Part shown: one piece after another, positions 27,801 through 44,700 of the stretch
Layout: each line of letters opens with the position of its first letter
Position numbering within the stretch: the first letter of the stretch is position 1
Source of the DNA: Eledone cirrhosa
Lineage: Eukaryota
DNA length: 64,000 nt
Assembly (NCBI GenBank): GCA_964016885.1
Contig: OZ024744.1
Coordinates: forward strand, 63,798,001 to 63,862,000
Direction: 5' to 3'
Translations under genes and position numbers: made by a program
The notes under the pieces: generated by a model
Databases searched by the model: none
Told to the model about the DNA's origin: nothing
The model's input: only the letters and a program-made list of their open reading frames with translations

Positions 27801-30800
27801 TATATATCACAGTTATGACATTCCTGTAGTATATATCAAAGCTGTGACATTCCTTTAGTATATATCACATTTGTGACATTCCTCTAGTATATATCACAGG
27901 TGTGACATTCTTGTAGTATATATAACAGTTGTGACATTCCTGTACTATATATCACAGTTGTAACATTCCTGTAGTATATATCACAGTTGTGACATTCCTG
28001 TAGTATATATCAAAACTGTGACGTTCCTGTAGTATATATCAAGTTATGACATTCCCGTAGTATATATCACATTTGTGACATTGCTGGAGTATATATTACA
28101 GCTGTGACCTTCCTGTAGTATATATCACAACTGTCACATTCCTGTAGTATATATCACAGTTATGACATTCCTCTAGTATATATCACAGCTGTGACATTAC
28201 TGTAGTATATATCACAGTAATGACATTCCTGTAGTATATATCACAGTTACGACATTCCTGTACTATATATCACAGCTGTGACATTCCTGTAGTATATATC
28301 ACAATTATGACATTCCTGTAGTATATATCACAGTTATGATATTCCTGCAGTATATATCACAATTGTGACATTCCTCTAGTATATATCACAGTTATGACAT
28401 TCCTGTAGTATATATCACAGTTATGACATTCCTGTAGTATATATCAAAGCTGTGACATTCCTGTAGTATATATCACAGTTATGACATTCCTGTAGTATAT
28501 ATCACATTTGTGACATTCCTGGAGTATATATCACAACTGTGACATTCTTGTAGTATATATCACAGTTGTGACATTCCTGTAGTATATATCACAGTTGTGA
28601 CATTCCTGTAGTATATATCACAGCTGTGACATTCCTGTAGTATATATCACCATTATGACATTCCTGCAGTATATATCACAGTTATGATATTCCTGCAGTA
28701 TATATCACAATTGTGACATTCCTCTAGTATATATCACAGTTATGACATTCCTGTAGTATATATCACAGTTATGACATTCCTGTAGTATATATCACAGCTG
28801 TGACATTCCTGTAGTATATATCACAGCTCTGAGATTCCTGTACTATATATCACTTTTATGACATTCCTGTAGTATATATCACAGCTGTGACATACCTGTA
28901 GTATATATCACAGCTGTGACATTCTTGCACTATATATCACAGTTGTGACATTCCTGTAGTATATATCAAAGCTGTGACATTCTTCTAGAATGTATCACAG
29001 TTATGACATTCCTGTAGTATATATCACATTTGTGACATTCTTGGAGTATATATCACAGCTGTGACATTCCTGTAGTATATATCACAACTGTGACATTCCT
29101 GTACTATATATCACAGTTATGACATTCCTGTAGTATATATCACAGCTGTGACAATCGTGTAGTATATATCACAGTTGTGACATTCCTGTAGTATATATCA
29201 CAGTTATGACATTCCTGTAGTATATATCACAGTTGTGACATTCCTGTAGTATATATCAAAGCTGTGACATTCCTTTAGTATATATCACAGTTGTGACATT
29301 CCTCTAGTATATATCACAGGTGTGACATTCTTGTAGTATATATCACAGCGGTGACATTCCTGTAGTATATATCACAGTTGTGACATTCCTCTAGTATATA
29401 TCACAGTTGTCACATTCCTGTAGCATATAACACAGTTATGACATTCCTGTTGCATATATCTCAGTTATGACCTTCCTGTAGTATATACCACAGCTGTGAC
29501 ATTCCTGTAGTATATATCACAGCTGTGAGATTCCTGTACTCTATATCAGTTATGACATTCCTGTAGTATATATCACAGCTGTGACATTCTTGTATATATC
29601 ACAGTTGTGACATTTTGCAGTATATATCACAGTTGTGACATTCCTCTAGTATATATCAAAGCTATGACATTCCTCTAGTATATATCACAGCTGTGATATT
29701 CCTGTAGTATATATCACAGCTATGACATTCCTGGAGTATATATCACAGCTGTGACATTCCTGTAGTATATATCACAGTTATGACCTTCCTGTAGTATATA
29801 TCACAATTATGAGATTCATTTAGTATATATCGCAGCTGTGACATTCCTATAGTATATATCACAGTTGTGACATTCCTGTAATATATATCACAGTTGTGAT
29901 ATTCCTGTAATATATATCACAGCTGTGACATTCCTGTAGTATATATAACAGCGGTGACATTCATGTACTATATATCACAGTTACGACATTCCTGTAGTAT
30001 ATATCACGGTTATGACGTTCCTTCAGTGTATATCACAGTTGTGACATTCCTGTACTATATATCACAGTTATGACATTCCTTTAGTATATACCACAGCTAT
30101 GACAATCGTGTAGTATATATCATAGCTGTGACATTCCTGTAGTATATATAGCAGCTATGACATTCCTGTTCTATATATCACAGTTATGGCATTCCTGGAG
30201 TATATATCACAGTTATGATATTCCTGTAGTATATATATCACAGCTGTGACATTCTTGTAGTATATATCACAGTTGTGACATTCCTCTAGTATATATCAAA
30301 GCTGTGATATTCCTGTACTATATATCACACTTGTGACATTCCTCTAGTATATGTCAAAGCTGTGACATTCCTGTAGTATATATCAAAGTTATGACATTCC
30401 TGTAGTATATATCACATTTGTGACATTCCTGTAGTATATATCACATTTGTGACATTCCTGGAGTATATATCACAATTGTGACATTCCTGTAGTATATATC
30501 ACAGTTGTGACATTCCTGTAGTATATATCACAGTTATGACATTCCTGTAGTATATATCACAGCTGTGACATTCCTGTAGTATATATCACAATTATGACAT
30601 TCCTGTAGTATATACCAGAGTCATGATATTCCTGCAGTATATATCACAATTGTGACATTCCTCTAGTATATATCACGGTTATGACATTCCTGTAGTATAT
30701 ATCACAGTTATGACATTCCTGTAGTATATATCAAAGCTGTGACATTCCTGTAGTATATATCACAGTTATGACATTCCTGCAGTATATATCACATTTGTGA

Positions 30801-33800
30801 CATTCCTGGAGTATATATCACAACTGTGACACCCCTGTAGTATATATCACAGTTGTGACATTCCTGTAGTATATATCACAGTTGTGACATTCCTGTAGTA
30901 AATATCACAGTTGTGACATTCCTGTAGTATATATCACAGTTGTGACATTCCTGTAGTATATATCTCAGTTATGACCTTCCTGTAGTATATATCACAGCTG
31001 TGACATTCCTGTAGTATATATCACAGCTGTGTGATTCCTGTACTATATATCACTTTTATGACATTTTTGTAGTATATATCACAGTTGTGACATTCCTGTA
31101 GTATATATCAAAGCTGTGACATTCTTCTAGAATATATCACAGTTATGACATTCCTGTAGTATATATCACAGTTGTTACATTCCTCTAGTATATATCACAG
31201 TTGTCACATTCCTGTAGCATATAACACAGTTATGACATTCCTGTTGCATATATCTCGGTTATGACCTTCCTGTAGTATATATATCACCTGTGAAATTCCT
31301 GTAGTATATATCACAGCTGTGAGATTCCTGTACTCTATATCAGTTATGACATTCCTGTAGTATATATCACAGCTGTGACATTCCTGTAGTATATATCACA
31401 GCTGTGACATTTTGCAGTATATATCACAGTTGTGACATTCCTCTAGTATATATCACAGCTGTGATATTCCTGTAGTATATATCACAGCTATGACATTCCT
31501 GGAGTATATATCACAGCTGTGACATTCCTGTAGTATATATCACAGTTATGACATTCCTGTAGTATATATCACAATTATGAGATTCATGTAGTATATATCA
31601 CAGCTGTGACATTCCTATAGTATATATCACAGTTGTGACATTCCTGTAATATATATCACAGTTGTGACATTCCTGTAATATATATCACAGCTGTGACATT
31701 CCTGTAGTATATATAACAGCGGTGACATTCATGTAGTATATATCACAGTTATGACATTCCTGTAGTATATATCACGGTTATGAAAATTCCTTCAGTGTAT
31801 ATCACAGTTGTGACATTCCTGTACTATATATCACAGTTATGACATTCCTGTAGTATATACCACAGCTGTGACAATCGAGTAGTATATATCACAGCTGTGA
31901 CATTCTTGTAGTATATATCACAGTTGTGAGATTCCTCTAGTATATATCAAAGCTGTGACATTCCTCTACTATATATCACAGTTGTGACATTCCTCTAGTA
32001 TATATCAAAGCTGTGACATTCCTGTAGTATATATCACAGTTATGACATTCCTGTAGTATATATCACATTTGTGACATTCCTGGAGTATATATCACAGCTG
32101 TGACATTCCTGTAGTATATAATGCAACTGTGACATTCCTGTAGTATATAACACAGTTGTGACATTCCTGTAGTATATATCACAGTTGTGACATTCCTGTA
32201 GTATATATCACAGTTATGACATTCCTGTAGTATATATCACAGTTATGACATTCCTGTAGTATATATCACAGTTATTAAATTCCTGTTGTCTATATGACAG
32301 CTGTAACATTCCTGCAGTATATATCACAGTTATGACATTCCTGTAGTATATATCGCAGTTATGACCTTCCTGTAGTATATATCACAGTGGTGACATTCCT
32401 GTAGTATATATCACAGTTGTGACATTCCTGTAGTATATATCAAAGCTGTGATATTCCTGTAGTATATATCACAGTTGTGACATTCCTGTAGTATATATCA
32501 CAGTCGTGACATTCCTGCAGTATATATCACAGTTGTGACATTCCTGGAGTATATATCACAGCTGTGACATTCCTTTAGTATATATCACATTTGTGACATT
32601 CCTCTAGTATATATCACAGGTTTGACATTCTTGTAGTATATATAACAGTCGTGACATTCCTGTACTATATATCACAGTTGTAACATTCCTGTAGTATATA
32701 TCACAGTTGTGACATTCCTGTAGTATATATCAAAACTGTGACGTTCCTGTAGTATATATCAAGTTATGACATTCCTGTAGTATATATCACATTTGTGACA
32801 TTGCTGGAGTATATATTACAGCTGTGACCTTCCTGTAGTATATATCACAACTGTCACATTCCTGTAGTATATATCACAGTTATGACATTCCTGTATATAT
32901 CACAGCTGTGACATTTTGCAGTATATATCACAGTTGTGACATTCCTCTAGTATATATCAAAGCTATGACATTCCTCTAGTATATATCACAGCTGTGATAT
33001 TCCTGTAGTACATATCACAGCTATGACATTCCTGGAGTATATATCACAGCTGTGACATTCCTGTAGTATATATCACAGTTATGACATTCCTGTAGTATAT
33101 ATCACAATTATGAGATTCATGTAGTATATATCACAGCTATGACATTCCTATAGTATATATCACAGCTGTGACATTCCTGTAATATATATCACAGTTGTGA
33201 CATTCCTGTAATATATATCACATCTGTGACATTCCTGTAGTATATATAACAGCGGTGACATTCATGTAGTATATATCACAGTTATGATATTCCTGTAGTA
33301 TATATCACAGTTATGACATTCCTTCAGTGTATATCACAGTTGTGACATTCCTGTAATATATATCACAGTTATGACATTCCTGTAGTATATACCACAGCTG
33401 TGACAATCGTGTAGTATATATCACAGCTGTGACAATCCTGTAGTATATATAGCGGCTGTGACATTCCTGTTCTATATATCACAGTTATGACATTCCTGGA
33501 GTATATATCACAATTATGATATTCTTGTAGTATATATATCACAGCTGTGACATTCTTGTAGTATATATCACAGTTGTGACATTCCTCTAGTATATATCAA
33601 AGCTGTGATATTCCTCTACTATATATCACAGTTGTGACATTCCTGTAGTATATATAACATTTGTGACATTCCTGTAGTATATATCACATTTGTGACATTC
33701 CTGGAGTATATATCACAGCTGTGACATTCCTGTTGTATATAATACAACTGTGACATTCCTGTAGTATATAACACAGTTGTGACATTCCTGTAGTATATAT

Positions 33801-36800
33801 CACAGTTGTGACATTCCTGTAGTATATATCACAGTTATGACATTCCTGTAGCATATATCACAGCTGTGACATTGCTGTAGTATATATCACAATTATGACA
33901 TTCCTGTAGTATATATCACAGTTATGATATTCCTGCAGTATATATCACGATTGTGACATTCCTCTAGTATATATCACAGTTATGACATTCCTGTAGTATA
34001 TATCTCAGTTATGACATTCCTGTAGTATATATCAAAGCTGTGACATTCCTGTAGTATATATCACAGTTATGACATTCCTGTAGTATATATCACAGTTATG
34101 ACATTCCTGTAGTATATATCACAACTGTGACACCCCTGTAGTATATATCACAGTTGTGACATTCCTGTAGTATATATCACAGTTGTGACATTCCTGTAGT
34201 ATATATGTCAGTTATGACCTTCCTGTAGTATATATCACAGCTGTGACATTCCTGTAGTATATATCACAGCTGTGAGATTCCAGTACTATATATCACTTTT
34301 ATGACATTTTTGGAGTATATATCACAGCTGTGACATAACTGTAGTATATATCACAGCTGTGACATTCTTGCAGTATATATCACAGTCGTGACATTCCTGT
34401 AGTATATATCAAAGCTGTGACATTCTTCTAGTATATATCACAGTTATGACATTCCTGTAGTATATATCACATTTGTGACATTCCTGGAGTATATATCACA
34501 GCTGTGACATTCCTGTAGTATATATCACAACTGTGACATTCCTGTATATATCACAGCTGTGACATTTTGCAGTATATATCACAGTTGTGACATTCATCTA
34601 GTATATATCAAAGTTATGGCATTCCTCTAGTATATATCACAGCTGTGATATTCCTGTAGTATATATCACAGCTGTGACATTCCTGTAGTATATATCACAG
34701 TTATGACATTCCTGTAGTATATATCACAATTATGAGATTCATGTAGTATATATCACAGCTGTGACATTCCTATAGTATATATCACAGTTGTGACATTCCT
34801 GTAATATATATCACAGCTGTGACATTCCTGTAGTATATATAACAGCGGTGACATTCATGTAGTATATATCACAGTTATGACATTCCTGTAGTATATATCA
34901 CAGTTATTAAATTCCTGTTGTCTATATGACAGCTGTAACATTCCTGCAGTATATATCATAGTTATGACATTCCTGTACTATATATCGCAGTTATGACCTT
35001 CCTGTAGTATATATCACAGTGGTGACATTCCTGTAGTACATATCACAGTTGTGACATTCCTGTAGTATATATCAAAGCTGTGATATTCCTGTAGTATATA
35101 TCACAGTTGTGACATTCCTGTAGTATGTATCACAGTTATGACATTCCTGTAGTATATATCACAGTTGTGACATTCCTGTAGTATATATCACAGCTGTGAC
35201 ATTCCTGTACTATATATCACAGTTATGACATTCCTGTAGTATATATCACAGTTATGACATTCCTGTAGTATATATCAAAGCTGTGACATTCCTTTAGTAT
35301 ATATCACAGTCGTGACATTCCTCTAGTATATATCACAGGTGTGACATTCTTGTAGTATATATCACAGCAGTGACATTCCTGTAGTATATATCACAGTTGT
35401 GACATTCCTTTACTATATATCACAGTTCTGACATTCCTGTAGTATATATCACAGTTGTGACATTCCTGTAGTAAATATCACAGTTGTTACATTCCTGCAG
35501 TATATATCACAGTTGTGACATTCCTGTAGTATATATCAAAGCTGTGACATTCCTGTAGTATATATCACAGTTATGACATTCCTGTAGTATATATCACATT
35601 TGTGACATTCCTGGAGTATATATCACAGCTGTGACATTCCTGTAGTATATATCGCAGCTGTGACATTCCTGTACTATATATCACACTTATGACATTCCTG
35701 TAGTATATATCAAAGCTGTGACATTCCTTTAGTATATATCACAGTTGTGACATTCCTCTAGTATATATCACAGGTGTGATAATCTTGTAGTATATATCAC
35801 AGCAGTGACATTCCTGTAGTATATATCACTGTTGTGACATTCCTTTACTATATATCACAGTTATGACATTCCTGTAGTATATATCACAGTTGTGACATTC
35901 CTGTAGTATATATCACAGGTGTGACATTCTTGTAGTATATATCACAGCGGTGACATTCCTGTAATATATATCACAGTTATGACATTCCTGTAGTATATAT
36001 ATCACAGCTGTGACATTCTTGTAGTATATATCACAGATGTGACATTCCTGTACTATATATCACAGTTGTAACATTCCTGTAGTATATATCACAGTCGTGA
36101 CATTCCTGTAGTATATAGCAAAACTGTGACATTCCTGTAGTATATATCAAGTTATGACATTCCTGTAGTATATATCACATTTGTGACATTGCTGGAGTAT
36201 ATATCACAGCTGTGACCTTCCTGTAGTATATATCACAACTGTCACATTCCTGTAGTATATATCAGTTATGACATTCCTGTAGTATATATCACAGATGTGA
36301 CATTCCTGTAGTATATATCACAGCTGTGACATTCCTGTAGTATATATCACAGTTGTGACATTCCTGTAGTATATATCACAGTTGTGAATTCCTGTAGTAT
36401 ATATCACAGCTGTGACATTCCTGTAGTATATATCACAGGTGTTACATTCCTCTAGTATATATCACAGCTGTTACATTTCTGTAGTATATATGACAGTTGT
36501 GACATTCCTGTAGTATATATCACAGCTGTGACATTTCTGTAGCATATATAACAGTTATGGCATTGCTGTAGTATATATCACTTTTATGACTTCCTGTAGT
36601 ATATATCACAGGTGTGACATTCCTGTAGTATATATCACAGGTGTGACATTCCTGTAGTATATATCACAGCTGTGGCATTCCTGTAGTATATATCACATTT
36701 ATGACATTCCTGTAGTATATATCATAGCTGTGACTTTCCTGTAGTATATATAACAGCTGTGACATCTCTGTAGTATATAACACAGCGGTGACATCTCTGT

Positions 36801-38989
36801 AGTATATATCACAGCTGTGACATTCCTGTAGTATATATCACAGTTATGACATTCCTGTAATATATATCACAGTTTGACATTCCTGTAGTATATATCACAG
36901 CTGTGACATTCCTGTAGTATATATCAAAGTTATGACATTCCTGTAGTATATATCACAGCTGTGACATTCCTGTAGTATATATCACAGTTATGATATTTTT
37001 GTAGTATATATCACAGCTGTGACATTCCTGTAGTATATATTACAATTATGACATTCCTGTAGTATATATCACAATTGGTACATTCCTGTAGTATATATCA
37101 CAGCTGTGACATGCCTGTAGTATATATCACAGTTGTGACATTCCTGTTGTATATATCACAGCTCTGACATTCCTGTAGTATATATCGCAGCTGTGACATT
37201 CCTGTACTATATATCACAGTTATGACATTCTTGTAGTATAAATCACAGCTGTGACATTCCTGTAGTATATATCAAAGCTGTGACATTCCTGTAGTATATA
37301 TCACAATTGTGACATTCCTGTAGTATATATCACAATTGTGACACTCCTGTAGTATATATCACAGTTGTTACATTCATGTAGTATATATCACAGTTAACAT
37401 ACCTGTAGTATACATCACAGTTGCCATTCCTGTAGTATATATCACAGCTGTGACAATCCTGTAATATATATCTGTTATGAAATTCCTGTAATATATATCA
37501 CAGTTATGACATTCCTGTAGTATATATCAGAGTTATGACATTCCTGTAGTATATATCACAACTTTGACAACTCTGCAATATATATCCCTGTTGTGTCATT
37601 CTTGTGGTATATAACACAGCTGTGACATTCCTGTAGTATATATCACAGCTGTGACATCTCTGTAGTATACAACACAACTGTGACATCTCTGTAGTATATA
37701 TCACAGCTGTGACAATCGTGTAGTATATATCACAGTTATGACATTCTTGTAATATATATCAAAGCTGTAACATTCCTGTAGTATATATCACAATTGTGAC
37801 ATTCCTGTAGTACATATCACAGTTCTGACATTCCTGTAGTATATATCACAGTTGTGACATTCCTGTAGTATATATCACAGTTGTGACATTCCTGTAGTAT
37901 ATATCACAGTTGTGACATTCCTGTAGTATATATGAGAGCTATGAGAATCCTGTAGTATATATCGCAGCTGTGACATTCCTGTACTATATATCGCAGTTAT
38001 GACATTCCTGTAGTATATATCACAGTTATGACATACCTGTAGTATATATCACAGTTGTGTCATTCCTGTAGTATATATCACAGTTATGACATTCTTGTAC
38101 TATATGTCACAGCTGTGACATTCCTGTAGTATATATCACAGTTGTTACATTCCTGTAGTATATATCACAGTTGACATTCCCGTAGTATATATCACAGTTG
38201 ACATTCCTGTAGTATATATCACAGCTGTGACAATCCTGTAGTATATATCTCAGTTATGACATTCCTGTAGTATATATCACAGTTATGACATCCCTGTAGC
38301 ATATGTCAAAACTGTGATATTCCTGTAGTATATATATCACAGCTGTGATATTCCTGTAGTATATATATCACAATTGTGACATTCCTGTAGTATATATCAC
38401 AGCTGTGACATTGCTGTAGCATATATCACAGTTATGACATTGCTGTAGTATATATCACAGTCATGACATTCTTGTAGTATATATCACAGGTGTGACATTC
38501 CTGTAGTATATATCACAGCTGTGACATTCCTGTAGTATATATCACAGTTGTGACATTCCTGTAGTATATATCACAGTTGTGAATTCCTGTAGTATATATC
38601 ACAGCTGTGAAATTCCTGTAGTATATATCACAGGTGTTACATTCCTCTAGTATATATCACAGCTGTGACATTTCTGTAGTATATATGACAGTTGTGACAT
38701 TCCTGTAGTATATATCACAGTTGTGACATTCCTGTAGTATATATCACAGTTGTGACATTCCTGTAGTATATATCACAATTGTGACATTCCTGTAGTATAT
38801 ATCACAGTTGTGACATTCCTGTAGTATATATCACAGCTGTGACAATCCTGTAGTATATATCTCAGTTATGAGATTCCTGTAGCATACATCACAGTTATGA
38901 CATTCCTGTAGTAAATATCCCAGTTATGACATTCCTGTAGTATATATCACATTTATGACATCCCTGTAGTATATATCACAGCTGTGACA

Positions 38990-41530
38990 TTCCTGCTGTT
39001 TAGATCACGATTGTGACATTCTTGTAGTATATATCACACCTGTGACATTGCTGTAGCATATATCACAGCTGTGACATTCCTGTAGTATATACCACAGTTA
39101 TGACATTCCTGTAGTACATATCACAGCTGTCACATTCCTGTAGTATACATCACAGTTATGACATTGCTGTGGTATATAACACAGGTGTGACACTCCTGTA
39201 GTATATATCACAGCTTTGACAACTCTGCAATATATATCGCAGTTGTGACATTCTTGTGGTATATATCACAGCTGTGACATTCCTGTTGTATATATCACAG
39301 CTGTGACATCTCTGTAGTATACAACACAACTGTGACATCTCTGTAGTATATATCACAGCTGTGACAATCGTCTAGTATATATCACAGTCATGACATTCTT
39401 TTAATATATATCACAGCTGTGACATTCCTGTAGTATATATCACAGTTATGACATTCCTGTAGTATATATCACAGTTGTGTCATTCCTGTAGTATATATCA
39501 CAGTTGTGTCATTCCCGTAGTATATATCACAGTTGACATTCCTGTAGTATATAACACAGCTGTGACAATCCTGTAGTATATATCTCAGTTATGACATTCC
39601 TGTAGTATATATCACAGTTATGACATTCCTGTAGTATATATCACAGTTATGACATTCCTGTAGTATATATCACAATTGTGACATTCCTGTAGTATATATC
39701 ACAATTGTGACTTTCCTGTAGTATATATCACAGTTGTGACATTCCTGTAGTATATATTACAGTTGTGACATTCCTATATTATATATCACAGTTGTGACCT
39801 TTCTGTAGTATATATCACAGTTGTGACATTCCTGTAGTATATATCACAGGTGTGACATTCCTGTAGTATATATCACAGCTGTGACATTTCTGTAGTATAT
39901 ATCACAGTTGACATTCCTGTAGTATGTATCACATTTGTGACATTCATGTAGTATATATCACAGTTGTGACATTCCTGTAGTATATATCACACTTGTGATA
40001 TTCCTCTATTATATATCACAGCTGTGAGATTTCTGTAGTATACATCACAGTTGTGACATTCCTGTAGTATATATCACAGTTATGACATTCCTGTAGTATA
40101 TATCACATTTATGACATCCCTGTAGTATATATCACAGTTGACATTCCCGTACTATATATCACAGTTGACATTCCTGTAGTATATATCACAGCTGTGACAA
40201 TCCTGTAGTATATATCTCAGTTATGACATTCCTGTAGTATATATCACAGTTATGACATTCCTGTAGTATATATCACAGTTATGAAATCTCTGTAGTATAT
40301 ATCACAACTGTGACATTCCTGCTGTTTAGATCACAATTGTGACATTCCTGTAGTATATATCACACCTGTGACATTGCTGTAGCATATATCACAGCTGTGA
40401 CATTCCTGTAGTATATACCACAGTTATGACATTCCTGTAGTATATATCACAGCTGTCACATTCCTGTAGTATACATCACAGTTATGACATTGCTGTGGTA
40501 TATAACACAGTTGTGACACTCCTGTAGTATATATCACAGCTTTGACAACTCTGCAATATATATCGCAGTTGTGACATTCTTGTGGTATATATCACAGCTG
40601 TGACATTCCTGTTGTATATATCACAGCTGTAACATCTCTGTAGTATACAACACAACTGTAACATCTCTGTAGTATAAATCACAGCTGTGACAATCCTCTA
40701 GTATATATCACAGTCATGACATTCTTGTAATATATATCACAGCTGTGACATTCCTGTAGTATATATCACAGTTATAACATTCCTGTAGTATATATCACAG
40801 TTGTGTCATTCCTGCAGTATATATCACAGTTGTGTCATTCCTGTAGTATATATCACAGTTATGACATTCTTGTAGTATGTCACAGTTGCGCCATTCCTGT
40901 AGTACATATCACAGTTGTTACATTCCTGTAATATATATCAGTTGACATTCCCGTAGTATATATCACAGTTGACATTCCTGTAGTATATAACACAGCTGTG
41001 ACAATCCTGTAGTATATATCTCAGTTATGACATTCCTGTAGTATATATCACAGTTATGACATTCCTGTAGTATATATCACAGTTATGACATTCCTGTAGT
41101 ATATATCACAATTGTGACATTCCTGTAGTATATATCACAATTGTGACTTTCCTGTAGTATATATCACAGTTGTGACATTCCTGTAGTATATATTAGTTGT
41201 GACATTCCTATACTATATATCACAGTTGTGACCTTTCTGTAGTATATATCACAGTTGTGACATTCCTGTAGTATATATCACAGGTGTGACATTCCTGTAG
41301 TATATATCACAGCTGTGACATTCCTGTAGTATATATCACAGCTGTGACATTTCTGTAGTATATATCACAGTTGTGACATTCCTGTAGTATATATCACAGT
41401 TGACATTCCTGTAGTATGTATCACATTTGTGACATTCATGTAGTATATATCACAGTTGTGACATTCCTGTAGTATATATCACACTTGTGATATTCCTCTA
41501 GTATATATCACAGCTGTGAGATTTCTGTAG
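38990..41530. repeat. ~1.33 kb duplication with internal indels
   Basis: GCTGTTTAGATCAC at 38995 and 40321; paralogous ORFs at 39156 and 40482 (offset 1326). Confidence 0.8.
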
Positions 41531-41781
41531 TATACAACACAACTGTGACATCTCTGTAGTATATATCACAGCTGTGACAATCGTATAGTATATATCACAG
41601 TTATGACATTCTTGTAATATATATCACAGCTGTGACATTCCTGTAGTATATATCACAATTGTGACATTCCTGTAGTACATATCACAGTTCTGACATTCCT
41701 GTAGTATATATCACAGTTGTGACATTCCTGTAGTATATATCACAGTTGTGACATTCCTGTAGTATATATCACAGTTGTGAC

Positions 41782-44700
41782 ATTCCTGTAGTATATATGA
41801 GAGCTGTGAGAATCCTGTAGTATATATCGCAGCTGTGACATTCCTGTACTATATATCGCAGTTATGACATTCCTGTAGTATATATCACAGTTATAAGATT
41901 CCTGTAGTATATATCACAGCTGTGACATTGCTGTAGCATATATCACAGTTATGACATTGCTGTAGTATATATCACAGTTATGACATTCCTGTAGTATATA
42001 TCACAGGTGTGACATTCCTGTAGTATATATCATAGCTGTGACATTCCTGTAGTATATATCACAGTTGTGACATTCCTGTAGTATATATCACAGCTGTGAC
42101 AATCCTGTAGTATATATCTCAGTTATGAGATTCCTGTAGTATACATCACAGTTATGGCATTCCTGCTGTTTATATCACAGCTGCGACATTCCTGTAGTAT
42201 AAATCACAGCTGTGACATTGCTGTAGCATATATCACAGTTATGGCATTGCTGTAGTATATATCACACTTGTGATATTCCTCTAGTATATATCACAGCTGT
42301 GAGATTTCTGTAGTATACATCAGAGTTGTGACATTCCTGTAGTATATATCACAGTTATGACATTCCTGTAGTATATATCACATTTATGACATCCCTGTAG
42401 TATATATCACAGTTGACATTCCCGTACTATATATCACAGTTGACAATCCTGTAGTATATATCTCAGTTATGACAATCTTGTAGTATATATCTCAGTTATT
42501 ACATTCCTGTAGTATATATCACAGTTATGACATTCCTGTAGTATATATCACAGTTATGACATCCCTGTAGTATATATCAGAACTGTGACATTCCTGCTGT
42601 TTATATCACAGCTGTGATATCCCTGTAGTATATATCACAATTGTGACATTCCTATAGTATATATCACAGCTGTGACATTGCTGTAGCATATATCACAGTT
42701 ATGACATTGCTGTAGTATATATCACAGTTATGACATTCCTGTAGTATATATCACAGGTGTGACATTCCTGTAGTATATATCATAGCTGTGACATTCCTGT
42801 AGTATATATCACAGTTGTGACATTCCTGTAGTATATATCACAGCTGTGACAATCCTGTAGTATATATCTGTTATCAGATTCCTGTAGTATACATCACAGT
42901 TATGACATTCCTGGTGTTTATATCACAGCTGCGACATTCCTGTAGTATATATCACAATTGTGACATTCCTGTATTATAAATCACAGCTGTGACATTGCTG
43001 TAGCATATATCACAGTTATGGCATTGCTGTAGTATATATCACAGGTGTGATATTACTGTAGTATATATCACAGTTATGACATTCCTGGTGTATATATCAC
43101 AGCTGTCACATTCCTGTAGTATACATAACAGTTATGACATTGCTGTGGTATATAACACAGTTGTGACACTCCTGTAGTATATATCACAGCTTTGACAACT
43201 CTGCAATATATATATCCCAGTTGTGACATTCTTGTGGTATATATCACAGCTGTGACATTCCTGTAGTATATATCACAGCTGTGACATCTCTGTAGTATAC
43301 AACACAACTGTGACATCTCTGTACTATATATCACAGCTGTGACAATCGTCTAGTATATATCACAGTTATGACATTCCTGTAGTATATATCACAGTTGTGA
43401 CATTCCTGTAGTATATATCACAGTTGTGACATTCCTGTAGTATATATCACAGTTGTGACATTCCTGTAGTATAAATCGCAGCTGTGACATTCCTGTACTA
43501 TATATCGCAGTTATGACATTCCTGTACTATATATCGCAGTAATGACATTCCTGTAGTATATATCACAGTTATGACATACCTGTAGTATATATCAGTTATG
43601 ACATTCCTGTTGTATATATAACAGTTGTGTCATTCCTGTAGTATATATCACTGTCATGACATTGTTGTAGTACATGTCACAGCTGTGACATTCCTGTAGT
43701 ATATATCACAGTTGTGTCATTCCTGTAGTACATATCACAGTTGTTACATTCCTGTAGTATATATCACAGTTGACATTCCCGTAGTAAATATCACAGTTGA
43801 CATTCCTTTAGTATATATCACAGCTGTGACAATCCTGTAGTATATATTTCAGTTATGACATTCCTGTAGTATATATTACAGTTTTGACATTCCTGTAGTA
43901 TATATCACAGTTATGACATTCCTGTAGTATATATCACAGTTATGACATTCCTGCTGTTTATATCACAACTGTGACATTCCTGCTGTTTATATCACAGCTG
44001 TGATATTCCTGTAGTATATATCACAATTGTGACATTCCTATAGTATATATCACAGCTGTGACATTGCTGTAGCATATATCACAGTTATGACATTGCTGTA
44101 GTATATATCACAGTTATGACATTCCTGTAGTATATATCACAGCTGTGACATTCCTGTAGTATATATCACAGCTGTGACATTCCTGTAGTATATATCACAA
44201 TTGTGACATTCCTGTAGTATATATCACAGTTGTGACATTCCTGTAGTATATATCACAGCTGTGACATTCCTGTAGTATATATCACAGCTGTGACATTCCT
44301 GTAGTATATATCACAGTTGTCGCATTCCTGTAGTATATATCACAGGTGTTACATTCCTCTAGTATATATCACAGCTGTGACATTTCTGTAGTATATATGA
44401 CAGTTGTGACATTTCTGTAGTATATATCACAGTTGTGACATTCCTGTAGTATATATCACAGGTGTGACATTCCTGTAGTATATATCACAGCTGTGACATT
44501 CCTGTAGTATATATGACAGTTGTGACATTCCTGTATTATATATCACAGTTGTGACATTCCTGTAGTATATATCACAGTTGTGACATTCCTCTAGTATATA
44601 TCACAGCTGTGACATTTCTGTGGTATATATGACAGTTGTGACATTCCTGTAGTATATATCACAGCTGTGACGTTCCTGTAGTATATATCACAGTTGACAT

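Larger units (their letters stand above)
2180..36250. repeat. Satellite domain A with a ~2.4-2.5 kb HOR (~85 monomers)
   Basis: The ordered marker series GTTGCATATATCTCAG / TACTCTATATCAG / CATTTTGCAG recurs. GTTGCA occurs at about 3271, 5755, 8163, 10647, 13088 and 15647 (spacings about 2484, 2408, 2484, 2441, 2559), then less regularly at about 19602, 22104, 24994, 26439, 29449 and 31243. Confidence 0.85.
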
